Below, in pieces: positions 1 to 9,182 of a DNA stretch of 32,129 nucleotides. Below the pieces are notes generated by a model. The model made no database searches, had not been told where the DNA came from, and saw only the letters and a program-made list of their open reading frames with translations. A program made the position numbers and the translations under genes. Numbering within the stretch: the first letter of the stretch is position 1; the number at the start of each line of letters is the position of its first letter. The DNA is taken from the IMG/VR virus record IMGVR_UViG_3300044878_000133, positions 1-32,129 of that record; one strand, 5' to 3'. This stretch comes from a virus. Its lineage: Duplodnaviria; Caudoviricetes.

Positions 1-214
1 TGCCGGAACTAAGGTCAATCCCGGCGTCCTGCAGGTCAGCCTCGATCGCGTTCCAGTGCTTGAGGATTTCGGACCATTTCAGGCCCGGCTTGCCGTGCCC
101 TTCGGGGTAGTCGTACCAGTCCGAGAGACCCGTTTCGGGGTCGTAGGCGCCGCGGCCGTAGAGGTCCGGGTCGCCGTTCGGCGCTGTGCCCTGTTCTGCT
201 CCGGCGCTTTTCCC
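1..214 (-). CDS. Tail assembly chaperone -1 frameshifted C-terminal part (runs off window)
   Basis: After G-GGA-AAA the -1 frame stays open to position 1: SAGAEQG...YDPETGLSDWYDY...WSEILKHWNAIEADLQDAGIDL. Confidence 0.8.
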
Positions 215-570
215 TCTGCCTTCCAGAAGGTCTCAGCGGTGGCGAAGTCCTGCGTGTGCCACAGGAGGGCGGTGGAGCCGATGAACTTCAGCGCCGGGAA
301 GGACGCGCCGTCGGCGATCAGTTCGGGGTAGACGGGGCCGAGGATCTGTTCGTAGAAGCCGAGCTCCTCGGCGTCGTTGACGAGTTCGATGCTGGCCGGG
401 TCGAGGCTGTCCTCGGTGGCGGCGCGGATCCCGGCGGAGACGAGCTTCTGCAGCCGGAGGCCGGTTTCGGCGGACACGGCGGGAACCTGGTAGGTCTTCC
501 CGCGGAAGGGGACGGCGAGGAACGGGTCCAGGAAGGAGCCGAGCTGTTCAAGTGTGGGGGTTTCAGTCAT
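79..570 (-). CDS. Tail assembly chaperone (short form)
   Basis: Directly downstream of the major tail gene; contains slippery GGGAAAA (208-214, - strand); RBS GGAG upstream. Confidence 0.85.
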   Translation of the reverse strand: MTETPTLEQLGSFLDPFLAVPFRGKTYQVPAVSAETGLRLQKLVSAGIRAATEDSLDPASIELVNDAEELGFYEQILGPVYPELIADGASFPALKFIGSTALLWHTQDFATAETFWKAEGKAPEQNRAQRRTATRTSTAAAPTTPKRVSRTGTTTPKGTASRA

Positions 571-613
571 GGTGCATCTCCAAGGTGAGTGAGGTGTTCC
601 AAGGAAGGTGGAG

Positions 614-647
614 CCCGGCGCGCAGCCCTTGGAAACTGCGCGCCGGG
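614..647 (-). promoter_or_regulatory. 12-bp perfect stem-loop between major tail and chaperone genes
   Basis: cccggcgcgcag (614-625) / ctgcgcgccggg (636-647); no U-tract. Confidence 0.6.
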
Positions 648-658
648 AGTAGAGGGGG

Positions 659-1123
659 TTACGGGGTGATGACGACGTCCGCGAGCGGGCCGCGGCCGGA
701 GAGGCTGAACGAGGCCGTGGTCAGGTCGGTGTGCGCGCCGCCCTCATCCGTGAATGAGGCGTCGGCAATGCCGGTCCGGCCCTCGGTCGGCTTCGTCGCG
801 TTGACGATGCGGACGTGCACGAGGCCGTCCTCCAGCATCCCGGAGCCGGCCGCCCGGAGGATCGCCTGGCCCGGATCTTCGGTCAGGGAGGCGCGGGCCC
901 GCTTGACGGTGCCCTCCACCTTCCAGCCGAGCCCGGTGGCGATCTCGGAGGCCCACCCGTCGGAGTCGAAAGACGAGTCGTCTTCGAGGTTCTTCTCGAT
1001 GGCCGGCGGGGTGAAGTCGGTAATGCCCTTCACCCGGGTCCATGTGGTGGGGGTTTCGCCGTCGACGTACGCGGCGACTTCAAGCTGCCAGTCGCGGACA
1101 ACCCCGGAAATGATTTCAGTCAA
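659..1123 (-). CDS. Major tail (tube) protein
   Basis: 154 aa, acidic and beta-rich (DDSSFDSDGW, FSLSGRG); position between tail terminator and chaperone; TTG start with AGGAG RBS. Confidence 0.85.
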   Translation of the reverse strand: MTEIISGVVRDWQLEVAAYVDGETPTTWTRVKGITDFTPPAIEKNLEDDSSFDSDGWASEIATGLGWKVEGTVKRARASLTEDPGQAILRAAGSGMLEDGLVHVRIVNATKPTEGRTGIADASFTDEGGAHTDLTTASFSLSGRGPLADVVITP

Positions 1124-1132
1124 TGTGTGCTC

Positions 1133-1561
1133 CTAGTCTTCCCGGTGTGTACCGGATCGGATGTGCTGGATGTAGTAGTTCGCCGTGTGTTCCGGCCGGT
1201 TCAGGGAGTCCGGGCCGAGGGAGGCCCCGGACTGGCGCCACATGCGGATGATCGGGACACCGCCGAGGGTGGTGTGTTCAAGGTCGTGGAACGTGTCGAA
1301 TATCCGGTCGAGGATGTCCTTATCCGCGACCCGGTCCTTGGGGTTGCCCCGGACCCGGAACTGCACGGCGATGACGGAGTCTGTCCCGCCGGAATCACTC
1401 ACCGGGTAGGTGGTCAGGGCGATGCCCTTGTCCGGGGTGGCCGGCAGGGAGTCGATGACGATGGCCGTGTCCGCGGCGAGGAACGGGCCTCCCCATTTGC
1501 CGACGTTCTGCGCGTCCGCGTACTCGCCGAGCCCGGTGAGGAGGTCCACTGTGAAGCCCAT
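1133..1561 (-). CDS. Tail terminator protein
   Basis: Synteny; VQFRVRG and LGPDSLNRPEHTANY motifs typical of actinophage terminators. Confidence 0.75.
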   Translation of the reverse strand: MGFTVDLLTGLGEYADAQNVGKWGGPFLAADTAIVIDSLPATPDKGIALTTYPVSDSGGTDSVIAVQFRVRGNPKDRVADKDILDRIFDTFHDLEHTTLGGVPIIRMWRQSGASLGPDSLNRPEHTANYYIQHIRSGTHRED

Positions 1562-1906
1562 TTAGATGTCCCCCCGGATGGTGTCGGCGATGATCTTCGC
1601 GGCGGCTTCGACTTCTGAGTTCATGGCATTCTCCAAGAACTTTGCGTTCTTGCCTGAGTCGTGGCGGGCGTGCATGTTTTCATGGACGGGCACGGCGTAG
1701 GGGGTATCGAACGAGACAGCCGCGGTGAAGGTGTCAGGGTCGGTGGACACGGCCCCGGAGTTCATGAGGGTCTTTTCCTCGATCGGCGTCTGCTCCTTCG
1801 CAACACGCAGTACGTGCTCCGCAGCAATAGCTACAGCCCGGTTCGCGGAGCCGTTGAGGATGTCCTTCGCCTTCGGGTTGATGGAGACTTTCCAGCCCTT
1901 GCCCAT
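1562..1906 (-). CDS. Neck/tail-completion protein (HK97 gp10-like)
   Basis: Start re-set to MGKGWK; TPIEEKTL..S, PYAVPVHE and AKFLENA motifs. Confidence 0.75.
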   Translation of the reverse strand: MGKGWKVSINPKAKDILNGSANRAVAIAAEHVLRVAKEQTPIEEKTLMNSGAVSTDPDTFTAAVSFDTPYAVPVHENMHARHDSGKNAKFLENAMNSEVEAAAKIIADTIRGDI

Positions 1907-2226
1907 CAGGTCAGGGTCACGGCGATGTGGTCCGGGAGGTCGAGCGGGCCGGAGTCGGCGAGTCCGCATTTGATCACGGTCGCGACACGGTCACTGAGGT
2001 GCACGAGCGATTCCGGGGCGAACACTGCGGCGTGTTCGGCGCCCGTGTAGAACGTCGACTCGGACACCACCTGATCGCCGGACGCGGCCCGGACGAGCTG
2101 GCGTTTGTCGTCCAGGAACCCGGGGACCGGGGCTGACACTGCGGCGTGGGTGTTGCCCCAGGAGTCCTCCCCGGCATAGGTTTCCACGGTCACGGTGTGG
2201 ACCATGAACTCCTCGAAGCCCTTCAC
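1906..2226 (-). CDS. Head-to-tail stopper
   Basis: GTG start overlapping the adaptor stop; HTVTVETY.G.D.WG, LVR..SG.QVVS; synteny. Confidence 0.75.
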   Translation of the reverse strand: MKGFEEFMVHTVTVETYAGEDSWGNTHAAVSAPVPGFLDDKRQLVRAASGDQVVSESTFYTGAEHAAVFAPESLVHLSDRVATVIKCGLADSGPLDLPDHIAVTLT

Positions 2227-2642
2227 AGCAGCACCACCGGGTTCCCCAGCAGCCCGGCGTCGTTGAGGATGTACCACGCGTCGGGGCCGAGGGTGCCGGC
2301 GGCGTTCGCCCGCGCCTCCGCGGTGGAGACGTAGGTGGAGTATTGGATGGATGCGCCGCCGATGGACTTGGACGCCGCGAGCGGGGCGACACCGGCCGCA
2401 CCCAATGACGGGTCGATGCCGTGGTCTGCCCAGAACTTCGCCTGCGCACACGTCGCGTCGGTGAACGCGGCCCGGGTGGCGGTGTCGGAGGGGTAGCCGT
2501 CGGTGTCGGTGGGGTAGATCGCGGTCTTCGTCTCGGACCGGATCAGCCCGGACGCGGACCGGAGAAGGCCCGCAGCGTTCGCCGGGGGCGTGGAGGGCGC
2601 CAACCATGCGGCCAGGTCCTCGGTAGTGGCATAGATGCGCAC
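2223..2642 (-). CDS. Head-to-tail adaptor
   Basis: YAT.EDL..W, ATCAQ, SKSIGGASIQY, L..AGLL; GGAGG RBS. Confidence 0.8.
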   Translation of the reverse strand: MRIYATTEDLAAWLAPSTPPANAAGLLRSASGLIRSETKTAIYPTDTDGYPSDTATRAAFTDATCAQAKFWADHGIDPSLGAAGVAPLAASKSIGGASIQYSTYVSTAEARANAAGTLGPDAWYILNDAGLLGNPVVLL

Positions 2643-2660
2643 AGAGGGCCTCCTGTCAGG

Positions 2661-2834
2661 TTATTCGGGCTTGGGGGCGGTGCGGCGCGGCTTGGGTTCG
2701 CGCTCCACCTTGTAACCGGCGCCGGCGCAGTACGAAATGACCGCCTCGTTGTCGGTCTCGGCGGACCCGTTGCTGAAGTGAACCCCGGCGATGTCGCCGT
2801 TGAAGTCCTTCACGGGGGCGGTAATCTTCGCCAT
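2661..2834 (-). CDS. Small capsid-associated hypothetical protein (57 aa, not in ORF track)
   Basis: MAKITAPVKDFNGDIAGVHFSNG...; AGGAG RBS; fills gap after the capsid gene. Confidence 0.75.
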   Translation of the reverse strand: MAKITAPVKDFNGDIAGVHFSNGSAETDNEAVISYCAGAGYKVEREPKPRRTAPKPE

Positions 2835-2857
2835 ACTTGGCTCCTAAAGGTTGGGGG

Positions 2858-2890
2858 TTGCGCGGGCGCCCATGACAGGCGCCCGCGCAA
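2858..2890 (-). terminator. 13-bp stem-loop after major capsid gene (attenuator or mRNA stabiliser)
   Basis: ttgcgcgggcgcc / ggcgcccgcgcaa. Confidence 0.55.
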
Positions 2891-2896
2891 GGGGTG

Positions 2897-3874
2897 TTAC
2901 TGGACCTTGATGTTCTTGGCGACTGCCGCCGCTTTTGTCGCTTTGAGAGCGACGGCGACGGGGCCGAGTTCAACCTCGCCCTTCTTCACCGCACCCGGGG
3001 TGGAGAAGTCCGGCAGCCACGTGCTGACCAGCGAACCGCCAGCGGTGGACACGCCGTGGAAGCCGTCCAGACCGAAGCGCACCGCGTACAGGGCGGTCGA
3101 ACCGGCGACCAGCGGGCCGGCGGAGTCCGGGTCAGCGACGTTGACGGGGATGACGTCCGTGGCGGAACCGGCCTTCAGGCCAGCGTCGATCAGGGTCGCA
3201 CCCGAGTAGGACACCAGGGCGGTGTTGCGCGGGCCGACGTGCTCCACGTACTGGTTCGCGAAACGGCTGGCAGCCTTGATCAGGGACAGGACCTTGCGGT
3301 TGCCCAGCAGGCCGCCCGCCTGACCATCCAGCAGCGAGAGCAGGTTGTCCACGTCGGTGAGGATCTGGAAGGCCTTTGCCTGGTCCAGGGTGCCCGTCCA
3401 GTCGTGCACGGCCGTGTCCTCGGTGGAGGTGCCGACGAGGGCCTTGGCGAGGCCGTCGAAGCCGTTGGCGTCCGCGCCCGTGTCACCGTTGATGACCAGG
3501 TCGCCGAAGAGTGCCTGGGTGGCCTTGATCTTCTGGGACATGTTCAGCGCGACCGAACCGGACGCGGCGGGACCGATCTTCGCGACAACACGGTCCACGT
3601 CGAAGCTGCCACCGAGGACCGCAAGGTTCACGGTCTTCTGCTCGGTCGTGACGTTCTGCGGGGAGTACTCGGAGTTGATCGCACGGGTCGCGGCCGTCGG
3701 TGCGGTCAGCAGGCGCCGGTAACCGTAGGTCATCGTCGCGCCGCCGCCGGAAGGGTTCACGGCGTCATCGAAGGTGATGAGGTCCAGGATCGGGTTGGTC
3801 CGGAACTCGTCGATCACGGAGACGTCGAGGTCGGTCTGGGCGTTGAGCTTTGCTTCAGCGAGGGTGATCGCCAT
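2897..3874 (-). CDS. Major capsid protein
   Basis: 325 aa, MAITLAEAK start, INGD...FDGL motif, follows scaffold; AGGAG RBS. Confidence 0.9.
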   Translation of the reverse strand: MAITLAEAKLNAQTDLDVSVIDEFRTNPILDLITFDDAVNPSGGGATMTYGYRRLLTAPTAATRAINSEYSPQNVTTEQKTVNLAVLGGSFDVDRVVAKIGPAASGSVALNMSQKIKATQALFGDLVINGDTGADANGFDGLAKALVGTSTEDTAVHDWTGTLDQAKAFQILTDVDNLLSLLDGQAGGLLGNRKVLSLIKAASRFANQYVEHVGPRNTALVSYSGATLIDAGLKAGSATDVIPVNVADPDSAGPLVAGSTALYAVRFGLDGFHGVSTAGGSLVSTWLPDFSTPGAVKKGEVELGPVAVALKATKAAAVAKNIKVQ

Positions 3875-3892
3875 GGTGTTCTCCTAAGCGGT

Positions 3893-4495
3893 TTAGGTGC
3901 GGTAGTGGTTGGCTACGGCACCCGCGAGGGTGGTGGGTTTCTTTGCGCTCTCCCCGGACCCGCCGGAGAAGTTCGCGCCACTCGCGCCGGCCGCCTGGAC
4001 CGTCTTGAGTTTCGGGTTATCGGTGACCGCGTCCTTGATCGCCTTTTCAATGTCGGCGGTCTTGGAAGGGTCGAGTTCCGCGATCTTCGCCAGGAAGGCG
4101 CGGGAATCTAGGAGGGCGTCAGCGTCGGCGCCATGTTTGCTGGCGGCCTTGTAGACGGCGAGTTCCGTCTGGGCCTGCCGTGCGGTGGCCTGCTGCGCGG
4201 TGAGCTGCTGGGTGAGTTCCGCAGGGTCGGCCTTCTTCGCGTCCGAGTCGGGGTTCAGCGCCTTCTGGATGGCGAGGAGCTGCTGTTCGGCGCTGCTGGC
4301 CTTGGTGCGCTTGTCCCCGGCTTCGGCGCGGAGGTCCTTGATGATCTTCTGCGCGTCGGCGGGCAGGGATTCGATCTTGCCATCCCATGCGGCGGCTTCT
4401 GCGGGCTTCGTTTCCGTCGTCGCGGCGGTGGTGGCCTGCGCGCCCTGATCGGCGGCCTGCGCCTCGCCGGTGGCTTCTGCTGCTGCTTCTGACAT
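3893..4495 (-). CDS. Capsid scaffolding protein
   Basis: Ala/Glu/Gln-rich coiled coil, LLDSRAF, P.L plus Gly-rich C-terminus; start MSEAAA with GGAGG RBS. Confidence 0.85.
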   Translation of the reverse strand: MSEAAAEATGEAQAADQGAQATTAATTETKPAEAAAWDGKIESLPADAQKIIKDLRAEAGDKRTKASSAEQQLLAIQKALNPDSDAKKADPAELTQQLTAQQATARQAQTELAVYKAASKHGADADALLDSRAFLAKIAELDPSKTADIEKAIKDAVTDNPKLKTVQAAGASGANFSGGSGESAKKPTTLAGAVANHYRT

Positions 4496-4518
4496 GTGCC
4501 CTCCAAGTGGCAATAGAA

Positions 4519-4543
4519 AAGCACCCGGGGTTAGCGGGTGCTT
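4519..4543 (-). terminator. Putative intrinsic terminator after minor capsid gene
   Basis: aagcacccg/cgggtgctt stem followed by TTTT on the - strand. Confidence 0.5.
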
Positions 4544-4563
4544 CGGTTGATTCGGTGGTGTGT

Positions 4564-5646
4564 CTAGCGGGCCTTTAGTGAGGTCCTGTAAGCCAAGTCC
4601 TTGCGGTCATTCTCTTCGCGCCAGCCCTTGAACTCGGCCCGTTTGGTGTTCAGCTTCGCCCGCGCCTGTGCGGCTTGCGGTCCGCCGAACTCGGAAGCGA
4701 TGGCGTCCTGGCGTTTCAGTTCCCGGATCCGGCGCTCATAGGCGCGCTGGGTCTGCCGGAGCGCGTCCCCTGCAGGGTCGGCGAGGTCCGTTCCGGGGCC
4801 CTTGGTGATGCCTGGCAGGTAGATGGAGTGGGAGTGGCGGCAGTTGTTGTGGTAGAGCCCGTCGGACTTGGCCTGAGCCAGTGACGCAACAACCGTCTTG
4901 CCGTCCTTGAGGCGTCCAGTCGTTCGCCCTGAGAGGCTGAGGACCTTGCCCTCGTAGGGGCGGCAAATCTTGCACTCCTCGGGAGCATTCGACACGATGA
5001 CCGTATCCACGCCCAACTCTTGGATCCGGTCCGTGTGCCCTTGCAGCATGGCGTTCGCAGTGGATGACCGTGCCGCCATCTCCGCGTAGCTCGCCATGTT
5101 CCAGTTGCGCCCGGCGACGTCGCGGAACCCGGTGACGCCTTGCTTGGCGAGGCGCTGCAGGATCATCTGGGACGCTTCCCGCCTCGTGACCGTCCCGAGT
5201 GTGGTCTGGGCGGCCACCTCAGTGACTACCCTCTGGTAGACGTCGGCGACGGCCCGGCGGATCTGAAAGCTCATCGGATCGGTGCGGGCCAGCGTCTCAG
5301 ACACCAGCGCCGCAACCGCCGAGGTCGGCTGAACCTCACCGAACGCGCCATGCGGCAGACCGGCCGCCGTCAACTCAGCGCCGGCCGTGGCGATCCCCCG
5401 GTTGTACGCGATCCCCACGGCACGCTCCACAGCGCCCGGCACGTTCGCCGCCAGGTCAGCGAGGATGCCGTCCACCTGCCGCCTGAGCGCCTGAATGCCG
5501 AGCAGCTTCTCATCCACCCATGCGGGGGAATCCCGGCCGCTGGCGAGGGCCCTGGCGACGCGCTGGAGCAGCAGTGTCTCTGCCTCCACGAACAACTCGC
5601 GGACAGCCTTCGAGAGCACCGCCGCATCATCCGGTCGGATCGCCAT
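4564..5646 (-). CDS. Minor capsid / head morphogenesis protein (MuF-like)
   Basis: GR.W...SY.EM..R, C..C.PYEGKV.S, GLYHNNCRH, QRAYERRIR; follows portal. Confidence 0.85.
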   Translation of the reverse strand: MAIRPDDAAVLSKAVRELFVEAETLLLQRVARALASGRDSPAWVDEKLLGIQALRRQVDGILADLAANVPGAVERAVGIAYNRGIATAGAELTAAGLPHGAFGEVQPTSAVAALVSETLARTDPMSFQIRRAVADVYQRVVTEVAAQTTLGTVTRREASQMILQRLAKQGVTGFRDVAGRNWNMASYAEMAARSSTANAMLQGHTDRIQELGVDTVIVSNAPEECKICRPYEGKVLSLSGRTTGRLKDGKTVVASLAQAKSDGLYHNNCRHSHSIYLPGITKGPGTDLADPAGDALRQTQRAYERRIRELKRQDAIASEFGGPQAAQARAKLNTKRAEFKGWREENDRKDLAYRTSLKAR

Positions 5647-5654
5647 GGTTCATC

Positions 5655-7232
5655 CTATCCAGTGAAGGTGAGCCCCGCGCCGTCGGTCCCGAACGTTGCC
5701 GGGTCGGCCAAGGTTTCCCCAAGGTTGAAGTCCGCCCGGATCCGGGCCACCTCTTCGTCCACCTTCGTCTGATCCCAGTCTGGGTTACGTTTCCGCACCC
5801 GTTCCTCAATCGAGGATGACTGGGAGTTGTAGTCGAGCTGGTTGGTTTCGGCGATGGCCTTCGGGTCATCGGACACGCCGTCGGGGAACTCACACTCCAC
5901 CGCGAACGGCTGCGCACCGCCCGCGGGGAAGATGACCGCATCCACAGCCAAAGCCTTGGACAGGATCGCCTCATCCGCCGGCTTCACGCCCAACACCTTG
6001 CGTTTGCGGGTGGTGAAGGACAGTTGCTGGCGGGCCGCTACCTCCGTGGCCGTCATCGCCGCCCCATCATCGGTCAGGCCGAACGTCGAGGGGGAGTAGC
6101 CGGCCGCGGCGAGGATGACGCGGCGGAAGTGGTCGATGGCCTTCAGGAAGTCCTCGGTGCGGATCTGGAACTGGACGGCTTCGATAGCCATCTTCTCGGA
6201 ACCCGCCGAGGACGGTGCGGCCTTGACCGGAGTGAAGATGGTTTGATCCAGGTCGAACCCTGCCCCCAGCCCGGCGCCAAGGTCGCGGAGCATTGACTCG
6301 CCGACGATGAGGCGGCCCTTGCCGAGCCGGATGTCCTTCAACCATGAACTGTAGAGCTCGTCGAGGGCGTCGAGCATCTGCTCAATACCCTCAAGATCGG
6401 AGCGGCCGAGGTTGCAGCCCAGCGGGTCATTCCGCCACATGGAGGAGGGCAGGATGTTCGGGGCGTATACGGCACCCAGCCCCGGGGTGGTGGTGGAGAG
6501 CGTGTTCCCGTTGATGAGCTGGGTGAGGACGTCGGGGCGCATTAGCCACTCCGCCGCAGGGTGCGCGTCGAACGTGTGCGCGGTCCCGAGGTTGCTGTCC
6601 GTGCCCATGTAGAGCCCGTACACGATCACGCCGACACCGGCAGCGTCGAGTTCGTGGCGTTCCAGCAGCCGCCACACGGTGGAGTTGGTCCGGCCGACAA
6701 CCTGCCAGAACGTCACGGCCGTCAACTGTCCAGCGGTGAACTCCGGGTGTGCGGCGTCCGCGTCAACCTTCGTGATGAACACGTGATCCTTGACCGAGGC
6801 GTCCCAGGTGATGCGCTTGAACACCCCGCCCAGCGCCGCACTGATTTCGGCGGCGGAGATGCTGAGCTGTTCGAAGGCGGGGCCGGCGATCAGGTCCAGA
6901 CGCTCCTGCACCTTCGTCACATCCGTCGACTCGGTCGGGGGGATGACGGTGGCCTTCGCCGGCTCGGAGTAGAGCAGGTTCGCGGCGGTCCGGCAGATCT
7001 CCTGCCCCAACGGGACATGGATGCTGTTGGTTTCGACGGCCCCGTTGGTCTTCGCGCCCAGGAACCACGTCCGCAGCCGGGAAATCACGCCGGGCCGGTT
7101 CGCCTCCCGGGTGTAAATGTCCGTCAGCGTCGAGACGTCGTTCTGGTACCAGCTCGAATACTCCCTGAGCTTGGGCAGGATCGCGGCGAGTTCCTTTGGA
7201 GGCCACTCGACGCCGTTGGATGGCAGAGCCAT
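5655..7232 (-). CDS. Portal protein (SPP1/A118-like)
   Basis: 525 aa, WPP N-terminus, LGRSD, GYSPSTFG, TATEV motifs. Confidence 0.9.
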   Translation of the reverse strand: MALPSNGVEWPPKELAAILPKLREYSSWYQNDVSTLTDIYTREANRPGVISRLRTWFLGAKTNGAVETNSIHVPLGQEICRTAANLLYSEPAKATVIPPTESTDVTKVQERLDLIAGPAFEQLSISAAEISAALGGVFKRITWDASVKDHVFITKVDADAAHPEFTAGQLTAVTFWQVVGRTNSTVWRLLERHELDAAGVGVIVYGLYMGTDSNLGTAHTFDAHPAAEWLMRPDVLTQLINGNTLSTTTPGLGAVYAPNILPSSMWRNDPLGCNLGRSDLEGIEQMLDALDELYSSWLKDIRLGKGRLIVGESMLRDLGAGLGAGFDLDQTIFTPVKAAPSSAGSEKMAIEAVQFQIRTEDFLKAIDHFRRVILAAAGYSPSTFGLTDDGAAMTATEVAARQQLSFTTRKRKVLGVKPADEAILSKALAVDAVIFPAGGAQPFAVECEFPDGVSDDPKAIAETNQLDYNSQSSSIEERVRKRNPDWDQTKVDEEVARIRADFNLGETLADPATFGTDGAGLTFTG

Positions 7233-7254
7233 GAGGCCTCCTAAAGGGTTGTGG

Positions 7255-7398
7255 TTACTTCACGTCCGGGGCGGTGCCCGAGATGATGAACTTCGCGAAC
7301 TTGTCGGCGTTGCCGATGACCGCGTCGAACGATGTGCCGTTACGGGCATTGTCCATGGCAATTTCGAGGGCGCGTATCCGTGCTGAGATGAGATCCAT
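7255..7398 (-). CDS. Small hypothetical protein (47 aa) between terminase and portal
   Basis: MDLISARIRALEIAMD...FAKFIISG; GGAAGG RBS; not in ORF track. Confidence 0.65.
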   Translation of the reverse strand: MDLISARIRALEIAMDNARNGTSFDAVIGNADKFAKFIISGTAPDVK

Positions 7399-7428
7399 GA
7401 TGAAACCTTCCAAGGGGTTATGTGCGGG

Positions 7429-8709
7429 TTATGCGGCGAGGTCCACGTAGGGCCGCCAGTTCGTTTCGGTGGTCGCGACCGCATAGCGGAACGCGTCGAT
7501 GGAGTGGTCGGCGACCTTGAGGGGCTTGTCCTCGCCCTTCTCCGTCGCCTTGGTGTCCCAGGAGTAGCCGGGCATTTCGGCGATGAGGCCCGTGCAGCGC
7601 TCACTGATCCGCAGCTTCCCCGCGTTCAGCAGGGAGGAGACGGTCCGGATGCCGTAGAGGACGTCGTTTTCGCCGTTGATGACGTTCTGGATGCGGTCCT
7701 GGTCTAGTTGGACTTTGAACGATGCGGCGGCGGGGTCGACGATGACCCATTCGGGCCGGTGCCCTTCGGTGGCGCGGGCTTCGAGCCAGTCCTTGAGGGC
7801 GGCGGATAGCTGCCCGTCGGTGAGCCGGATGGAGGCCTGCCGGGAGTCGTAGCGCCATTCGTCGATGGCGTAGAGGATCCCGTCAACGCCGAGGCCCAGC
7901 AGCACCGCCGACGTCGCGTTCGTCGTGCCGTAGTCCACGCCGACGCCGAGGACGGCCCGCATGGCAGGCAGCGCCTCATGGGCCACGACATGCTTGTCAG
8001 TGTCCCAGCAGTCAAAGACGGCCCCGTCAGCGGCAACCCACTCGGCATTAATGTAGCGCCGGTAGAACAAGCCGCTGTAGGACTTCTTCGTCCGCGCCAC
8101 GTAAGCGGCCGGAAGACTCTTGTTGTCGTCCAGAATGAACGTGTAGCGGTGGAGTTCCTTCGTGCCCTCACCTGACTGGCGGTGGAAGCGGCCTTGACCG
8201 TCGATCCACAGCTCGGCATGGTCCAGCCAGTTCGTTTTCAGCCAGTGCGCCGGCCCCGCAGGGTTCGACGTCAGCCACATCTTCGCGCCCTCAACGGACA
8301 GCCGCGAGTACAGCATGGAGAAGAATGACTCCGGCAAGGTAGCGGCCTCATCCGCGTACGCGCCCACAAGGGTTGCGCCCTGGATCTTCGTCTGCGCCTG
8401 CTCGTTGTTCGCGCCGTAGATGTTGATCTCACGGCCGCAAATGAACGCCGTCCCCGAACCGTAGTTGACCTTTACCCGTTCCTTGCCGAGCATTGACTGC
8501 AGCGGAAGTATCAGGTTGTTGATCACGGTCCGTTCGGTCCGCCCGCACATGGCGAGGGGACCTTCGGGGCCGGACCGGATGAACCGTGCCCAGTCAATCA
8601 GGGACGTGATGGTCTTCCCGGACCGGACACTGCCCTCATAGGCTTGGATCGACGTTGACGGGTTATTCAGGGCGAGGAGTGACTTCCCCTCCAGGGGCCG
8701 CATCTCCAC
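7429..8709 (-). CDS. terL: Terminase large subunit (PBSX-like)
   Basis: Walker A GSVRSGKT, Walker B YADEA, SNP, nuclease GVDYG and DHSIDAFRY; start uncertain (8703-8745). Confidence 0.95.
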   Translation of the reverse strand: MEMRPLEGKSLLALNNPSTSIQAYEGSVRSGKTITSLIDWARFIRSGPEGPLAMCGRTERTVINNLILPLQSMLGKERVKVNYGSGTAFICGREINIYGANNEQAQTKIQGATLVGAYADEAATLPESFFSMLYSRLSVEGAKMWLTSNPAGPAHWLKTNWLDHAELWIDGQGRFHRQSGEGTKELHRYTFILDDNKSLPAAYVARTKKSYSGLFYRRYINAEWVAADGAVFDCWDTDKHVVAHEALPAMRAVLGVGVDYGTTNATSAVLLGLGVDGILYAIDEWRYDSRQASIRLTDGQLSAALKDWLEARATEGHRPEWVIVDPAAASFKVQLDQDRIQNVINGENDVLYGIRTVSSLLNAGKLRISERCTGLIAEMPGYSWDTKATEKGEDKPLKVADHSIDAFRYAVATTETNWRPYVDLAA

Positions 8710-9133
8710 TAGAACCCCCGGTGATAAAGTCCAGCCACTTGTCAACGGCCGAATGGTCTTGGTGCCCGACGTCGAGCTTGGTGATGACGGCGTGCTTGTC
8801 CACGAAGATCCCGTGAATGGTGGCGAGGTCCTTTATGGGGACGTCGTATCCCTCAGTGGCGAGCCTGGCCTTGATGAGGTCCGCGGCCATCTGGGCAACA
8901 CTGAGCCCGTCGGAGGCGAGCATCGCCCGCAGCGCTTTCGCGTCGGCCTGTCTCGCTTCGGTGGCGGCGGTGGTTTTTGCCGTCCGAACCGTTCGGGTCC
9001 CGTTCGCCTTCGCCCACCCGGCGACGGTCCCCTTGGGGATGCCGAACCGGGCCGTGACCGCAGACGGGCCGTCTGTTTCGTAGAGCGCTAGGGCTTCGTC
9101 GCGTTGTGCCTGCGTGTACTTGGCTGCCGACAC
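8663..9133 (-). CDS. terS: Terminase small subunit
   Basis: N-terminal HTH (KYT..QR.EAL..., GIPKGTVAGW); overlaps terL start. Confidence 0.75.
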   Translation of the reverse strand: MSAAKYTQAQRDEALALYETDGPSAVTARFGIPKGTVAGWAKANGTRTVRTAKTTAATEARQADAKALRAMLASDGLSVAQMAADLIKARLATEGYDVPIKDLATIHGIFVDKHAVITKLDVGHQDHSAVDKWLDFITGGSSGDAAPGGEVTPRPE

Positions 9134-9182
9134 AAACGAGTCACCGCCTTCTGGTTGATTATTGAGTCTCAGCCGTTATTGG

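Noticed and set aside
2649-2877. Capsid-hairpin loop pairing with TGACA before the adaptor RBS
   Set aside because: Only 5 bp over ~200 nt; likely chance
2894-4111. Long + strand ORFs antisense to structural genes (also 14648-15763, 20827-21870)
   Set aside because: Shadow ORFs expected from high GC3 codon usage
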